Assembly: GCA_005799825.1 (NCBI GenBank)
Contig: SYFT01000088.1
Span: forward strand, 3,448 to 67,447
Direction: 5' to 3'
DNA: 64,000 nucleotides
Source: Acidobacteriota bacterium
GTDB taxonomy: Bacteria > Acidobacteriota > Vicinamibacteria > Vicinamibacterales > SCN-69-37
The position numbers and the translations under genes are program-made. The notes beneath the pieces are model-generated. The model had not been told where the DNA came from. It did no database searches and saw only the letters and a list, made by a program, of their open reading frames with translations. Every line of letters starts with the position of its first letter. Position 1 is the first letter of the stretch. Shown here one piece after another: positions 55,273 through 63,947 of the stretch.

Positions 55273-56877
55273 ATGATCTCTGTCGCCAATGTTTCCATGC
55301 GTTATGGGTCGAAGGTGCTCTTCGATGACGTGACCACCACGTTCTCGCCGGGCCGCCGATACGGCCTGACCGGACCCAACGGGTCTGGCAAGTCCACCTT
55401 CATGAAGCTCCTGACTGGTGAACTGACACCCCAGAAAGGTTCGGTCTCGCGTCCGACCAAGCTCGGCGTCTTGTCCCAGGACCAGTTCGCCTACGACGCC
55501 TTCCGAGTAGTGGACACGGTCATCATGGGTAACAAGCGCCTCTGGGACACCCTCCAGGAGCGCGAGCGCCTCTACAACCTGCCGTCTATGACCGACGCCC
55601 AGGGCATGCGCCTCGGCGAACTCGAGGGCATCGTTGGCGAAGAAGACGGGTATTCAGCCGAAAGCGACGCAGCCGTGCTGCTGCAGGGCCTCGACATTCC
55701 TAATAAGGTGCACGAGCGCACCATGGCGGAGTTGCAGGGCGGCCAGAAGGTGCGCGTGCTGCTAGCGCAGGCGCTGTTCGGCAACCCGCAGGCGCTGCTG
55801 CTCGACGAACCGACGAACCATCTGGACCTCGACTCGATCCATTGGCTCGAAACCTTCCTCGAGCGCTACGACGGCACGCTGATCGTGATCTCGCACGACC
55901 GCCACTTCCTGAACGCGGTGTGCACGCACACGGCTGACATCGACTACCAGACGATCATCACCTACACCGGCGGCTATGACGACATGGTGCTGGCGAAGAT
56001 GCAGATTCGGTCGCGCATAGAAAGTGAGAACGCGCAGCGCGAAAAAAAAATCGATCAGCTCAACGACTTCATCGCACGCTTTTCGGCTGGCACCCGCGCG
56101 TCGCAGGTTGCCTCGCGCCGCAAGGAAGTGGAGCGGCTGCAGACTACGGATCTGGCGCGATCGAACATCCAGCGCCCGTACATTAAGTTCACGATGAACC
56201 GGCCGTCGGGCCGCGTGGCACTGGAGTGCGAGCAGGTGCGCAAGGCTCACGGAGCGCTGAAGGTCATCAAGAATTTCAGCGCGGTTGTGACACGAGGCGA
56301 GAAGATTGTGCTGGTCGGCCGCAACGGCGTGGGCAAAACCACCATGCTCAAAGCCCTTTTGGCCGGCGCGCCCGGACAGCCGGAGTCACCGGACGACACC
56401 GACAGTGGCATGGTTCGTTGGGGGCACGAGGCGTCCATCGGCTACTTCTCGCAGGACCACACCGGCGCCATCCAGAAGGGGATGACGGCGGTCGAGTGGC
56501 TCCATCAGTTCGATCCCGACCTGTCGCGGCAGGACATCCATGGCTTGCTCGGCCAGATGCTCTTCCGCGGCGAGGAAGGGCTCAAGCCCACCGAGGCGCT
56601 CTCTGGCGGCGAAACCGCTCGGTTGCTGTTCTGCCGGATCATGCTGCAGAAGCCCAACGTTCTGGTCTTCGACGAACCCACCAACCACCTGGACCTGGAA
56701 TCGATCAACGCCCTGAACGTCGGCTTGCAGAAGTTCGAGGGCACGGTGCTGCTGGTTACCCACGACCAGGACCTGCTCGAGGAAGTGGGCACACGGGTCT
56801 GGAGCTTCGCGCACGGCAACATCGAGGACTTCAAGGGACCGCACGAGGAGTATGAAGCGATCCTGGCCCAGCGGTAA
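55273..56877 (+). CDS. ABC-F family ATPase (YbiT/EttA-like translation factor class)
   Basis: 534 aa. Two ABC cassettes (GPNGSGKST...LSGGQ-like LQGGQKVRV...LLLDEPTNHLD; GRNGVGKTT...LSGGETARL...LVFDEPTNHLD) with an interdomain linker and no TM domain. Start trimmed to the ATG at 55273. Confidence 0.9.
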   Translation: MISVANVSMRYGSKVLFDDVTTTFSPGRRYGLTGPNGSGKSTFMKLLTGELTPQKGSVSRPTKLGVLSQDQFAYDAFRVVDTVIMGNKRLWDTLQERERLYNLPSMTDAQGMRLGELEGIVGEEDGYSAESDAAVLLQGLDIPNKVHERTMAELQGGQKVRVLLAQALFGNPQALLLDEPTNHLDLDSIHWLETFLERYDGTLIVISHDRHFLNAVCTHTADIDYQTIITYTGGYDDMVLAKMQIRSRIESENAQREKKIDQLNDFIARFSAGTRASQVASRRKEVERLQTTDLARSNIQRPYIKFTMNRPSGRVALECEQVRKAHGALKVIKNFSAVVTRGEKIVLVGRNGVGKTTMLKALLAGAPGQPESPDDTDSGMVRWGHEASIGYFSQDHTGAIQKGMTAVEWLHQFDPDLSRQDIHGLLGQMLFRGEEGLKPTEALSGGETARLLFCRIMLQKPNVLVFDEPTNHLDLESINALNVGLQKFEGTVLLVTHDQDLLEEVGTRVWSFAHGNIEDFKGPHEEYEAILAQR

Positions 56878-56906
56878 CGACCGCGCGCTGTTAGAATTGG
56901 GACGTC

Positions 56907-58193
56907 TTGTCCAACCCAGTCGCCACGCCCGGCAACGGGGCACCGGAACCACCTCGCAGTTGGGCTGGACGCGTCGCGGGTGCACTCGCCCACCGAGACT
57001 TCCGACTTGTCTGGTTCGCGGCGCTGGGGTCCACGATTGGCACCTGGATGCAGAAGTTCGCCCAGAGCCTGTTGGTGCTGGACCTGACGGGATCGAACTT
57101 CTACCTCGGCCTTGATGACTTCCTGTCGCAGCTCCCGATCCTGCTCTTCATCCTGATTGGCGGCGTCGTCGCCGATCGGTATGACCGACGCCGGCTGCTG
57201 ACCGGGTCACAACTGATACAGGCTTTTTCGGCGTTCGCACTGGCCGCCTTGGTCTTCTGGGATCAGATCACCATCTGGCATGTGCTGGCGCTCTCGTTTA
57301 TTTCCGGGCTCGGTCAGGCGTTCGGTGGACCGGCCTACCAATCGTTGCTGCCTTCGCTCGTGCCGCGCCGCGACCTGCCGAACGCCATCGCGCTCAATTC
57401 CACCCAGTTCAACCTGTCGCGCATCCTCGGGCCCATGGGCGGCACAGCGGTCCTGCTCTCACTGGGCACGGCTGCGTGTTTCTTCTTGAACGGCCTGTCG
57501 TTCTTCCTGGTTGTGGTCGCGTTGATGCTGATTAAGGTCCCCCTGCCCGTGCCGCACGAAGGACCGCGGCGCCGCATCATGACCGACCTCCGCCATGGAC
57601 TGTCCTACGTCCGCAGCCAGCGGCTGATCATGACGCTCATCGCGCTCGTGGTCGTCAGTATGTTCCTGGCCATGCCCATCGTGACGTTCCTGCCCACGGT
57701 GGCGCGCACGGTGCTCGCGCCCACTGCGGGCACAGCCGAAACGCAGCTGTTTCTGCTCATGGCCTGCCAGGGATTCGGCGCCGTCACCGGAGCGTTGTTG
57801 ATTGGCACGGCGGGCGGTCGATTTCAGCATAGGGGCCGCATGCTGCTCATCGTGCAGTTCCTGATGGGCCTGATCATCGTGGCCTTCGGCTTCTCCACCA
57901 CGCCCATCGTCAGCTACGCCCTGGTCTTCCTGGGTGGCATCGCGTTCATGGCCTTGTTCTCGATGAGCTTCTCCATTGTCCAGCTCGTCGTCCCCGATGA
58001 GCTGCGCGGCCGCGTGGTCAGCATCTACATGGTCGCTCTTCGCGGCGGTGGTCCCCTCGGGGCGCTGGTGTCTGGTTATTTCGCCGATATCTACTCCGCC
58101 CCCACGGTCATGATCGTCAACGGCGCGCTCCTCTCGCTGATCACGCTGGGTGTGGTGCTCTCCGGCAAGGCCTCGAGCCTGAAAACGATTTAG
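56907..58193 (+). CDS. MFS transporter
   Basis: 428 aa. About 12 hydrophobic segments and a DRYDRRRLL loop motif. TTG start. Confidence 0.8.
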   Translation: MSNPVATPGNGAPEPPRSWAGRVAGALAHRDFRLVWFAALGSTIGTWMQKFAQSLLVLDLTGSNFYLGLDDFLSQLPILLFILIGGVVADRYDRRRLLTGSQLIQAFSAFALAALVFWDQITIWHVLALSFISGLGQAFGGPAYQSLLPSLVPRRDLPNAIALNSTQFNLSRILGPMGGTAVLLSLGTAACFFLNGLSFFLVVVALMLIKVPLPVPHEGPRRRIMTDLRHGLSYVRSQRLIMTLIALVVVSMFLAMPIVTFLPTVARTVLAPTAGTAETQLFLLMACQGFGAVTGALLIGTAGGRFQHRGRMLLIVQFLMGLIIVAFGFSTTPIVSYALVFLGGIAFMALFSMSFSIVQLVVPDELRGRVVSIYMVALRGGGPLGALVSGYFADIYSAPTVMIVNGALLSLITLGVVLSGKASSLKTI

Positions 58194-58202
58194 GACGCTA
58201 CA

Positions 58203-58904
58203 ATGACGCCCGTGGCCCGGATCCTTGTCGTCGAAGATAGCCAGGACATTGCGGACCTCATCGCGCACTACCTGCAGGGCGCGGGCTACAGCACGGCGAT
58301 GGCGGCCAACGGGAGCGAGGGGTTGAAGCTAGCTCGCGCCGCTCCGCCGGACGCGATCGTTCTGGACCTGATGTTGCCAGGCATGGACGGGCTCCACATC
58401 TGCCAGGCGCTCCGAGGCGAACCAGCCACCGCCGCCATCCCCATCATCATGCTGACGGCGCGAGGCGAAGAGTCCGATCGCATCCGTGGTTTGGAGTTCG
58501 GTGCCGACGATTACGTCACCAAGCCGTTCAGTCCCAAGGAGCTGGTGGCGCGGGTGGGGGCGCTGCTCCGCCGCATCCAACGGCCGGTGGCTGCCGGCAA
58601 GGTGTTGATCTACGGCCCCTTGACGATCGACATCGACAAACATGTGGTCCGTGTGCAGGGCGAGGAACTGCGCCTGACGGCAAAAGAGTTCATGCTCCTG
58701 CGCTATCTCATCGAACACCGTGGCCGCGTCCTGTCGCGCGACCTGCTCCTGACCGACGTGTGGAGTTACCAATACACGGGCGGTACGCGCACGGTGGACG
58801 TGCACATCCGGCGGCTCCGCGAAAAGGTGCCGTTCCTCGGCAACGCCATCAGCACCATCAAACAGTTCGGGTACAAACTCGAAGACCCCGCGCCCGCATC
58901 GTGA
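58203..58904 (+). CDS. OmpR/PhoB-family response regulator
   Basis: 233 aa. Receiver domain ([10 protein letters not shown]...DLMLPGMDG...MLTAR) plus winged-helix domain ([12 protein letters not shown]...[11 protein letters not shown]). Confidence 0.9.
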   Translation: MTPVARILVVEDSQDIADLIAHYLQGAGYSTAMAANGSEGLKLARAAPPDAIVLDLMLPGMDGLHICQALRGEPATAAIPIIMLTARGEESDRIRGLEFGADDYVTKPFSPKELVARVGALLRRIQRPVAAGKVLIYGPLTIDIDKHVVRVQGEELRLTAKEFMLLRYLIEHRGRVLSRDLLLTDVWSYQYTGGTRTVDVHIRRLREKVPFLGNAISTIKQFGYKLEDPAPAS

Positions 58905-60667
58905 CATTTCGCACACGGACGTTTGCCGCCATCCTTCTCGCCAGCTCTCTGGCACTCGCGGCCTCGACCGCGCTCGTGACCACCTCACTGCGCCGCGCGA
59001 TGCTAGCCGACATCGAGGCATCGCTCGTAAAGCAGGTCAGGCTTGCGGCCGAATTGCTGTCTGACCGCGGCAGCCTAGCCAATCCTGATGACGAAGCCGC
59101 TGTGATCGGGAGACTCATCGGCTCGCGCCTGACGTTTATCCGCGCCGACGGCGTGGTGATTGGGGATTCGGACGTCGCGGCCGGCGATCTGGACCAGGTA
59201 GACAATCATCTGGCGCGCGAAGAAGTGCAGGAGGCCATCGTGGATGGCGTCGGCGCTGCAGTACGACAGAGCCGCACCACCGGCGAAGCGACCATGTACG
59301 CCGCCGCCGTCGTCCGGCAGGGCGCTGTGGCATTCGTACGGGTCGGCCTGCCGTTGACGACGGTGCGCGAGCAGCTCGCGGAAACCCGCAGGCACGCCTG
59401 GACCGGCCTGGGCGCGGGCCTGCTGGCGGCGCTCCTTCTCACTTGGGCCACCTCAGCCTGGCTGAGTCGCAGGGTCAAGGCCATTGCGGAACTCGCCGCT
59501 CGGTACCGGCAGGGCGATTTCACGCGACAGGCCACCGACCTGGGACGTGATGAACTCGGAACGGTCGCCCGCGTCCTCGACGAAACCGCGCGTGACCTGG
59601 GCGCACGGCTGTCCGATGTCGCCCGCGAGAGGGCTCACATGGACGCCGTCCTGCAGGGCATGGCCGAAGGCGCGCTGCTTGTAGATCGGGGTGGGCGGCT
59701 TGTCCTCAGCAACACGGCGATTCGCGCGATGCTCCGGCTCGCTGACGACCCCGAGGGCCGACACTTCATCGAGGTCGTGCGCCACCCCGAAGTGGCAGCC
59801 CAACTGACAGCGGCACTTCCCGGCGTACGACCAGCGCCTGCTGAGGTTCAGCTTGACCACGGATCGAGGCGCGTGATTGTGGCGCGCGCCGTGCCGGTGG
59901 AGTCCGACCGCGGGGGTGGAGCGGTACTCGTGTTGCACGATGTCACGGAACTGCGCCAGGCCGACCAGGTACGGCGCGACTTCGTGGCCAATGTATCCCA
60001 TGAACTCCGCACGCCTCTCACCGCCATCCGCGGCTACGCCGAGGCGTTGCTCGACTCTGCACTGGACCGCGATCAGACCCAGAAGTTTCTCGCCATCATC
60101 GCCCGTCACGCCGCACGCATGGAGCGGCTGGTCACAGATCTGCTCCGGCTTGCCCGACTCGATGCACGGCAGGAGACACTTGGCCAGACGCTGTGCCACA
60201 CGCGGACCCTCCTCGCCGCGATTGCCGGCGAGATGGACAGCGCGATCGAAACGCGCGATCTGCGGGTCACCACGCGGATTGATGCGGATGCCGAGGCCGT
60301 GTTTGGTGACTCGGCCAAGCTGCACGACGTCTTTCGCAACCTCCTCGAGAACGCCATCAACTACAGCCCCCAGGGCGGCGCGATCGAGATGGCAGCCACA
60401 CACCAGGGAAATGTCGTGGACATCTCTGTGAGCGATAGCGGCCCGGGTATTCCCGAAGGTGAGCTGAATCGCATCTTTGAACGCTTCTATCGAGTGGACC
60501 GCTCCCGCACGCGCGATCCTGGCGGCACCGGGTTGGGTCTGTCGATCGTCAAGCATCTGGTGGAACTGCACGGCGGCCGCGTCTGGGCGCTCAACCGCGA
60601 GGGCGGCGGTGCGGTCGTGCACGTGCGTCTGCCTGACCGGCCGCCGTCGTCCACGCCGCCTGGCTGA
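58901..60667 (+). CDS. Sensor histidine kinase, PhoR-like (TM-HAMP-PAS-HisKA-HATPase)
   Basis: [20 protein letters not shown]-box, PAS-like segment and [20 protein letters not shown]2 box. GTG start at 58901 overlaps the regulator stop (GTGA); the track ORF start lies inside the regulator gene. Confidence 0.85.
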   Translation: MTFRTRTFAAILLASSLALAASTALVTTSLRRAMLADIEASLVKQVRLAAELLSDRGSLANPDDEAAVIGRLIGSRLTFIRADGVVIGDSDVAAGDLDQVDNHLAREEVQEAIVDGVGAAVRQSRTTGEATMYAAAVVRQGAVAFVRVGLPLTTVREQLAETRRHAWTGLGAGLLAALLLTWATSAWLSRRVKAIAELAARYRQGDFTRQATDLGRDELGTVARVLDETARDLGARLSDVARERAHMDAVLQGMAEGALLVDRGGRLVLSNTAIRAMLRLADDPEGRHFIEVVRHPEVAAQLTAALPGVRPAPAEVQLDHGSRRVIVARAVPVESDRGGGAVLVLHDVTELRQADQVRRDFVANVSHELRTPLTAIRGYAEALLDSALDRDQTQKFLAIIARHAARMERLVTDLLRLARLDARQETLGQTLCHTRTLLAAIAGEMDSAIETRDLRVTTRIDADAEAVFGDSAKLHDVFRNLLENAINYSPQGGAIEMAATHQGNVVDISVSDSGPGIPEGELNRIFERFYRVDRSRTRDPGGTGLGLSIVKHLVELHGGRVWALNREGGGAVVHVRLPDRPPSSTPPG

Positions 60668-60674
60668 GGCGGGG

Positions 60675-61310
60675 GTGGATCCTCTATTGTTCGCCTACCT
60701 CTCGCTGACGGCAGCGCTGGTCATTACGCCGGGCGCCACAACTGCCGTCGTCGTCCGCAACACCTTGGCCTCGGGGTGGCGTGGTGGACTGGCTGCCGCA
60801 CTGGGAGCCGCTGCCGGCAACGCGGCGCACGCCACGGCCGCGGGCTTCGGACTGGCGGTCGTCATCGCTCGGAACCCGACGCTGTTGCTGGTCATTGAAC
60901 TGGTCGGCGGGCTTTACCTGGCGTGGCTCGGATTCGGCAGTGCGAGGCGCCTCATCCGCGGTAAGGCCCTGCCAATCTCAGGGTTGATTCTCGAGGCCGA
61001 CGCCCCGATTGAGCAACATCACGCCGCGCGCGAGGGCGTCACGGTCAATCTGCTCAACCCGGCCATCGCGACGTTTTATCTGACCGTAGTTCCGTCGTTT
61101 CTGCCCGCCGACGCGCAACCCGGCTACTACGTGCAACTCGCCGCGGCGCATGTGGGCCTGGCGTTCGCCTGCCACAGCCTATGGGCATTTGGCATGGACC
61201 GGCTCCGCCACCTGCTCGAACGACCCGCCGCGCGCCTGGCCCTCGAAGCCCTCACCGCCACCACGCTGCTCTTACTCTCGGCGCGCGTGCTCGCCTCAGC
61301 GAACTGGTAG
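60675..61310 (+). CDS. LysE/RhtB-family amino-acid exporter
   Basis: About 211 aa. LLFAYLSLTAALVITPGATTAVVVRNTL N-terminus typical of LysE-type translocators. GTG start at 60675 chosen just after the kinase stop. Confidence 0.75.
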   Translation: MDPLLFAYLSLTAALVITPGATTAVVVRNTLASGWRGGLAAALGAAAGNAAHATAAGFGLAVVIARNPTLLLVIELVGGLYLAWLGFGSARRLIRGKALPISGLILEADAPIEQHHAAREGVTVNLLNPAIATFYLTVVPSFLPADAQPGYYVQLAAAHVGLAFACHSLWAFGMDRLRHLLERPAARLALEALTATTLLLLSARVLASANW

Positions 61311-61328
61311 GTCTCTGGACTCTGGACT

Positions 61329-62333
61329 CTACAGTGCCGGCCCGAAGTAGTGAAGGATGTAAAAACTGATGGCCCCGATGAACGCCGACGCTGGGATGGT
61401 AAGTATCCACGCCCAGACAATCTGCCGAGCCACGCCCCACCGCACTGCCGAAAGGCGCCGCGTCGCACCAACGCCAATGATGGCGCCCGTGATCGTGTGT
61501 GTTGTGCTGATGCCCACGCCGAGCGCCGTCGCCGTATAGATCGCCACCGCAGCACCCGTCTCTGCCGCAAATCCGCCAACGGGCTGCAACTTGGTGATCT
61601 TGGCGCCCATCGTCTTGATGATGCGCCAGCCTCCGGTGAGCGTGCCGAGGCCAATGGCGGCGTGGGCCGCAATTACCACCCAGAACGGCACAACAAAGGA
61701 ATCGAGGTACTTGCCCGTCACCAGCGCGCCGGTAATGATGCCCATCGTCTTCTGCGCGTCGTGAGCGCCGTGCATCAGGCTGAATCCGGCCGCCGACGTC
61801 ACTTGCATACGACGAAACCACTTGTCCACGCGTTTTGGTGTCGTGTTGCGGCACATCCAGAAAATGGTTGTCATCAGCAGCAGGCCGACCGACAACCCAA
61901 TCAAGGGCGCCACCACAATGAAGATCAGCGTCTTGGTCCAGCCCGCAACGATGATGGCCGAGAACCCGGCCTTGGCGACCGCGGCTCCAGCGTATCCCCC
62001 GAACAACGCATGCGAAGAACTTGTCGGCAACCCGAAATACCAGGTGATCAGGTTCCACACGATCGCGCCGGTCAGTCCCGCCAGGATGACCCCGTAGGTG
62101 ACGATGTTGAGGTCTACCATGCCCTGGCCGACCGTTTTCGCCACGGCCGTGCCGAAAAAGAAGGCGGCAATGAAATTAAAAAATGCCGCCCACACCACCG
62201 CCTGGCCTGGCGACAGCACACGGGTAGAGACCACGGTGGCGATGGAGTTCGCCGCGTCGTGAAACCCGTTGATGTAGTCGAAAATCAGCGCAACGACCAC
62301 CACCACGACGATCGTTACGAGTGCCGCATCCAT
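61329..62333 (-). CDS. pit: Inorganic phosphate transporter, PiT (PHO4) family
   Basis: ALIFDYINGFHDAANSIATVVSTRVL and a second GAHDAQKTMGII repeat. Start trimmed to the ATG at 62333. Confidence 0.9.
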   Translation of the reverse strand: MDAALVTIVVVVVVALIFDYINGFHDAANSIATVVSTRVLSPGQAVVWAAFFNFIAAFFFGTAVAKTVGQGMVDLNIVTYGVILAGLTGAIVWNLITWYFGLPTSSSHALFGGYAGAAVAKAGFSAIIVAGWTKTLIFIVVAPLIGLSVGLLLMTTIFWMCRNTTPKRVDKWFRRMQVTSAAGFSLMHGAHDAQKTMGIITGALVTGKYLDSFVVPFWVVIAAHAAIGLGTLTGGWRIIKTMGAKITKLQPVGGFAAETGAAVAIYTATALGVGISTTHTITGAIIGVGATRRLSAVRWGVARQIVWAWILTIPASAFIGAISFYILHYFGPAL

Positions 62334-62341
62334 GAGTGGCG

Positions 62342-62965
62342 TTACCCGTGTTTCACGACAATGCTCTCGATGACGTTGGCCACGTCTTCGCAGCAATCGG
62401 TGATCTGCTCAAGCACATCCAGCAGGTCTTTGGACTTGATGAGACCGATGGGATCCGTTTCCGTCTCGAACAACTTCTGGATCGCCACCTGATAGGCGCG
62501 GTCCGCGTCGTTCTCCAATCGGTTGATTTCCACTGTGTGGGGCTGAATCGGCGCCTTGGTGGACAGCGCTTCCATCGCCGCGTGCAGCCGCTCGGACGAC
62601 TGGGTGACGATGTGGGCCAGTTCGCGGGCCCCTTTGGGGGTCAAGGTGATGTGGTAGTTGCGCACCAGTGACGCGGCGTGATCGATGGCATCCATCACGT
62701 TGTCGAGCGACGTAGCCATTGCATACAGGTCTTCGCGATCGAACGGCGTGATGAAGGTGCGGTGCAGGCGCTGGATGGTGTCGTGGGTCAGCGTGTCGCA
62801 CCGATGTTCCGCGTCCCTGATGACATCGACCTTGGCGTCATCGGGCGGGTCCGACTCCAGCATCTGCTTGAGGTGGCCGGCCGCGGCCTTGATTTCGGCC
62901 GTCGTGGCCATATACAGGGTGAAAAACTGCTCTTCCCTGGGAATCAGACTGAAACGAAAGCCCAC
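62342..62965 (-). CDS. PhoU-related DUF47 family protein (Pit accessory protein)
   Basis: FSLIPREEQFFTLY N-terminus, HRCDTLTHD..., ITPFDREDLY..., END(A)D motifs. Start ambiguous: GTG 62965 (preferred) or ATG 63019. Confidence 0.8.
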   Translation of the reverse strand: MGFRFSLIPREEQFFTLYMATTAEIKAAAGHLKQMLESDPPDDAKVDVIRDAEHRCDTLTHDTIQRLHRTFITPFDREDLYAMATSLDNVMDAIDHAASLVRNYHITLTPKGARELAHIVTQSSERLHAAMEALSTKAPIQPHTVEINRLENDADRAYQVAIQKLFETETDPIGLIKSKDLLDVLEQITDCCEDVANVIESIVVKHG

Positions 62966-63018
62966 AACGCCCCCCGAACTGCCGAATCCGCCGACTGGGC
63001 GACATTCAGGCAACAGCA

Positions 63019-63036
63019 TTGTAACAGCGATGTAAT
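63019..63036. promoter_or_regulatory. Pho-box-like direct repeat TTGTAAC-agcg-ATGTAAT (11-bp periodicity)
   Basis: Read directly. It lies in the divergent region between DUF47-pit and the OmpR-type regulator. On the opposite strand it reads TTACAT-cgctg-TTACAA, which resembles the Bacillus PhoP TT(A/T/C)ACA-N5 repeat. Confidence 0.35.
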
Positions 63037-63125
63037 GTCCTGCCGGTGGGCACAAGAAGTTAACGCCGAATTAACCACACTCGACATGTCAGGGAAATCG
63101 CGCCTCCCTATGCTCATCCACAGAC

Positions 63126-63845
63126 ATGCTGATGCCAGCCCCAGCGCCAACCCGGATTCTCGTGGTGGACGACGAAAGTGATATTGCCGGCCTGATCAAG
63201 CACACCCTGGAGCGGTCAGGCGACGTCGAAGTCAGCATCGTCGGCAGCGGAGACGCGGCCCTGAAATCGGTGTTCGACCATCCGCCGGACCTGGTGATTC
63301 TTGACCTCAATCTGCCGGTGCTGAGCGGGTCGGAGGTCTGCCGGCTGCTTCGGGCCAAACCGGCCACGGCCCAGCTGCCGATCATCATGCTCACGGCCCG
63401 TACGGGCGAGTCCGACCGCGCGTCGGGTCTTGACCTGGGAGCCGACGACTACATGACCAAACCGTTCAGCGTTCGCGAGCTCGCCGCGCGGGTGCGCGCC
63501 GTGCTTCGGCGCAAACAGGGCGACCCCGAGGCGCCGCCACAGGTATACCAAATGGGAAAATTGTTTGCTGACTTTGACGCGGTGATGGTGAGTGTTGAGG
63601 GCGATCCCGTGCGCCTGACCCGGCGCGAGTTCAAATTGCTGAAGTGCCTGGTGGAGAATCGCAACCGCGTGCTGTCCCGCGACCGACTCCTTGAACGTGT
63701 CTGGGGTTACGACCACTATGTGGAGACACGATCGGTCGACGTGCACGCCGGCCGGCTCCGCTCGAAGTTGCGCAGCGTGGGCCGCCAGATCGAGACCGTC
63801 GTCGGTTTCGGCTATCGGTTCGTTGAAGAGACCCCTGCACATTAA
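63126..63845 (+). CDS. OmpR/PhoB-family response regulator (no adjacent kinase)
   Basis: 239 aa. Receiver domain (ILVVDDESDI...DLNLPVLSG...MLTAR) plus winged-helix domain (LTRREFKLLKCL...VDVHAGRLRSK). Confidence 0.9.
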   Translation: MLMPAPAPTRILVVDDESDIAGLIKHTLERSGDVEVSIVGSGDAALKSVFDHPPDLVILDLNLPVLSGSEVCRLLRAKPATAQLPIIMLTARTGESDRASGLDLGADDYMTKPFSVRELAARVRAVLRRKQGDPEAPPQVYQMGKLFADFDAVMVSVEGDPVRLTRREFKLLKCLVENRNRVLSRDRLLERVWGYDHYVETRSVDVHAGRLRSKLRSVGRQIETVVGFGYRFVEETPAH

Positions 63846-63850
63846 CGGCG

Positions 63851-63868
63851 CTGTAACGAAGCTGTCGC
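63851..63868 (+). promoter_or_regulatory. Pho-box-like direct repeat CTGTAAC-gaag-CTGTCGC
   Basis: Close to the E. coli Pho-box consensus CTGTCAT-AWAW-CTGTCAY, with 7-nt repeats 11 bp apart. Lies 80 nt upstream of the next ATG (63948). Confidence 0.35.
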
Positions 63869-63909
63869 CCAGCCATCACAGCGCATGCGTACGCTGCCTC
63901 CTGTATTCA

Positions 63910-63935
63910 CACCGCCGCACTCGCGGCGGTGTTTT
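63910..63935 (+). terminator. Perfect 9-bp GC-rich hairpin plus T4 (terminator or 5'-UTR structure)
   Basis: CACCGCCGC-actc-GCGGCGGTG-TTTT, immediately followed by GGAGGG and the ATG at 63948. Confidence 0.5.
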
Positions 63936-63947
63936 GGAGGGAATCAC

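Noticed and set aside
58901-58912. GTGACATTTCGC, a 12-mer identical to part of the 39128 motif
   Set aside because: Here it is the start of the histidine kinase coding sequence (GTG ACA TTT CGC = M-T-F-R) overlapping the regulator stop. The flanks do not continue the motif. I treat it as coincidence. A similar partial hit, TCACATTTC at about 6770, is also coding.
61350-62492. 380-aa plus-strand ORF. Similar long shadow ORFs are at 57459-58268 (minus), 21405-22190 (plus), 24426-25304 (plus), 28342-29820 (antisense set) and 59453-60622 (minus).
   Set aside because: All lie antisense to genes with strong family signatures (pit, MFS, tyrA, trpB, trpE, histidine kinase). Their compositions are typical of GC-rich antisense frames.
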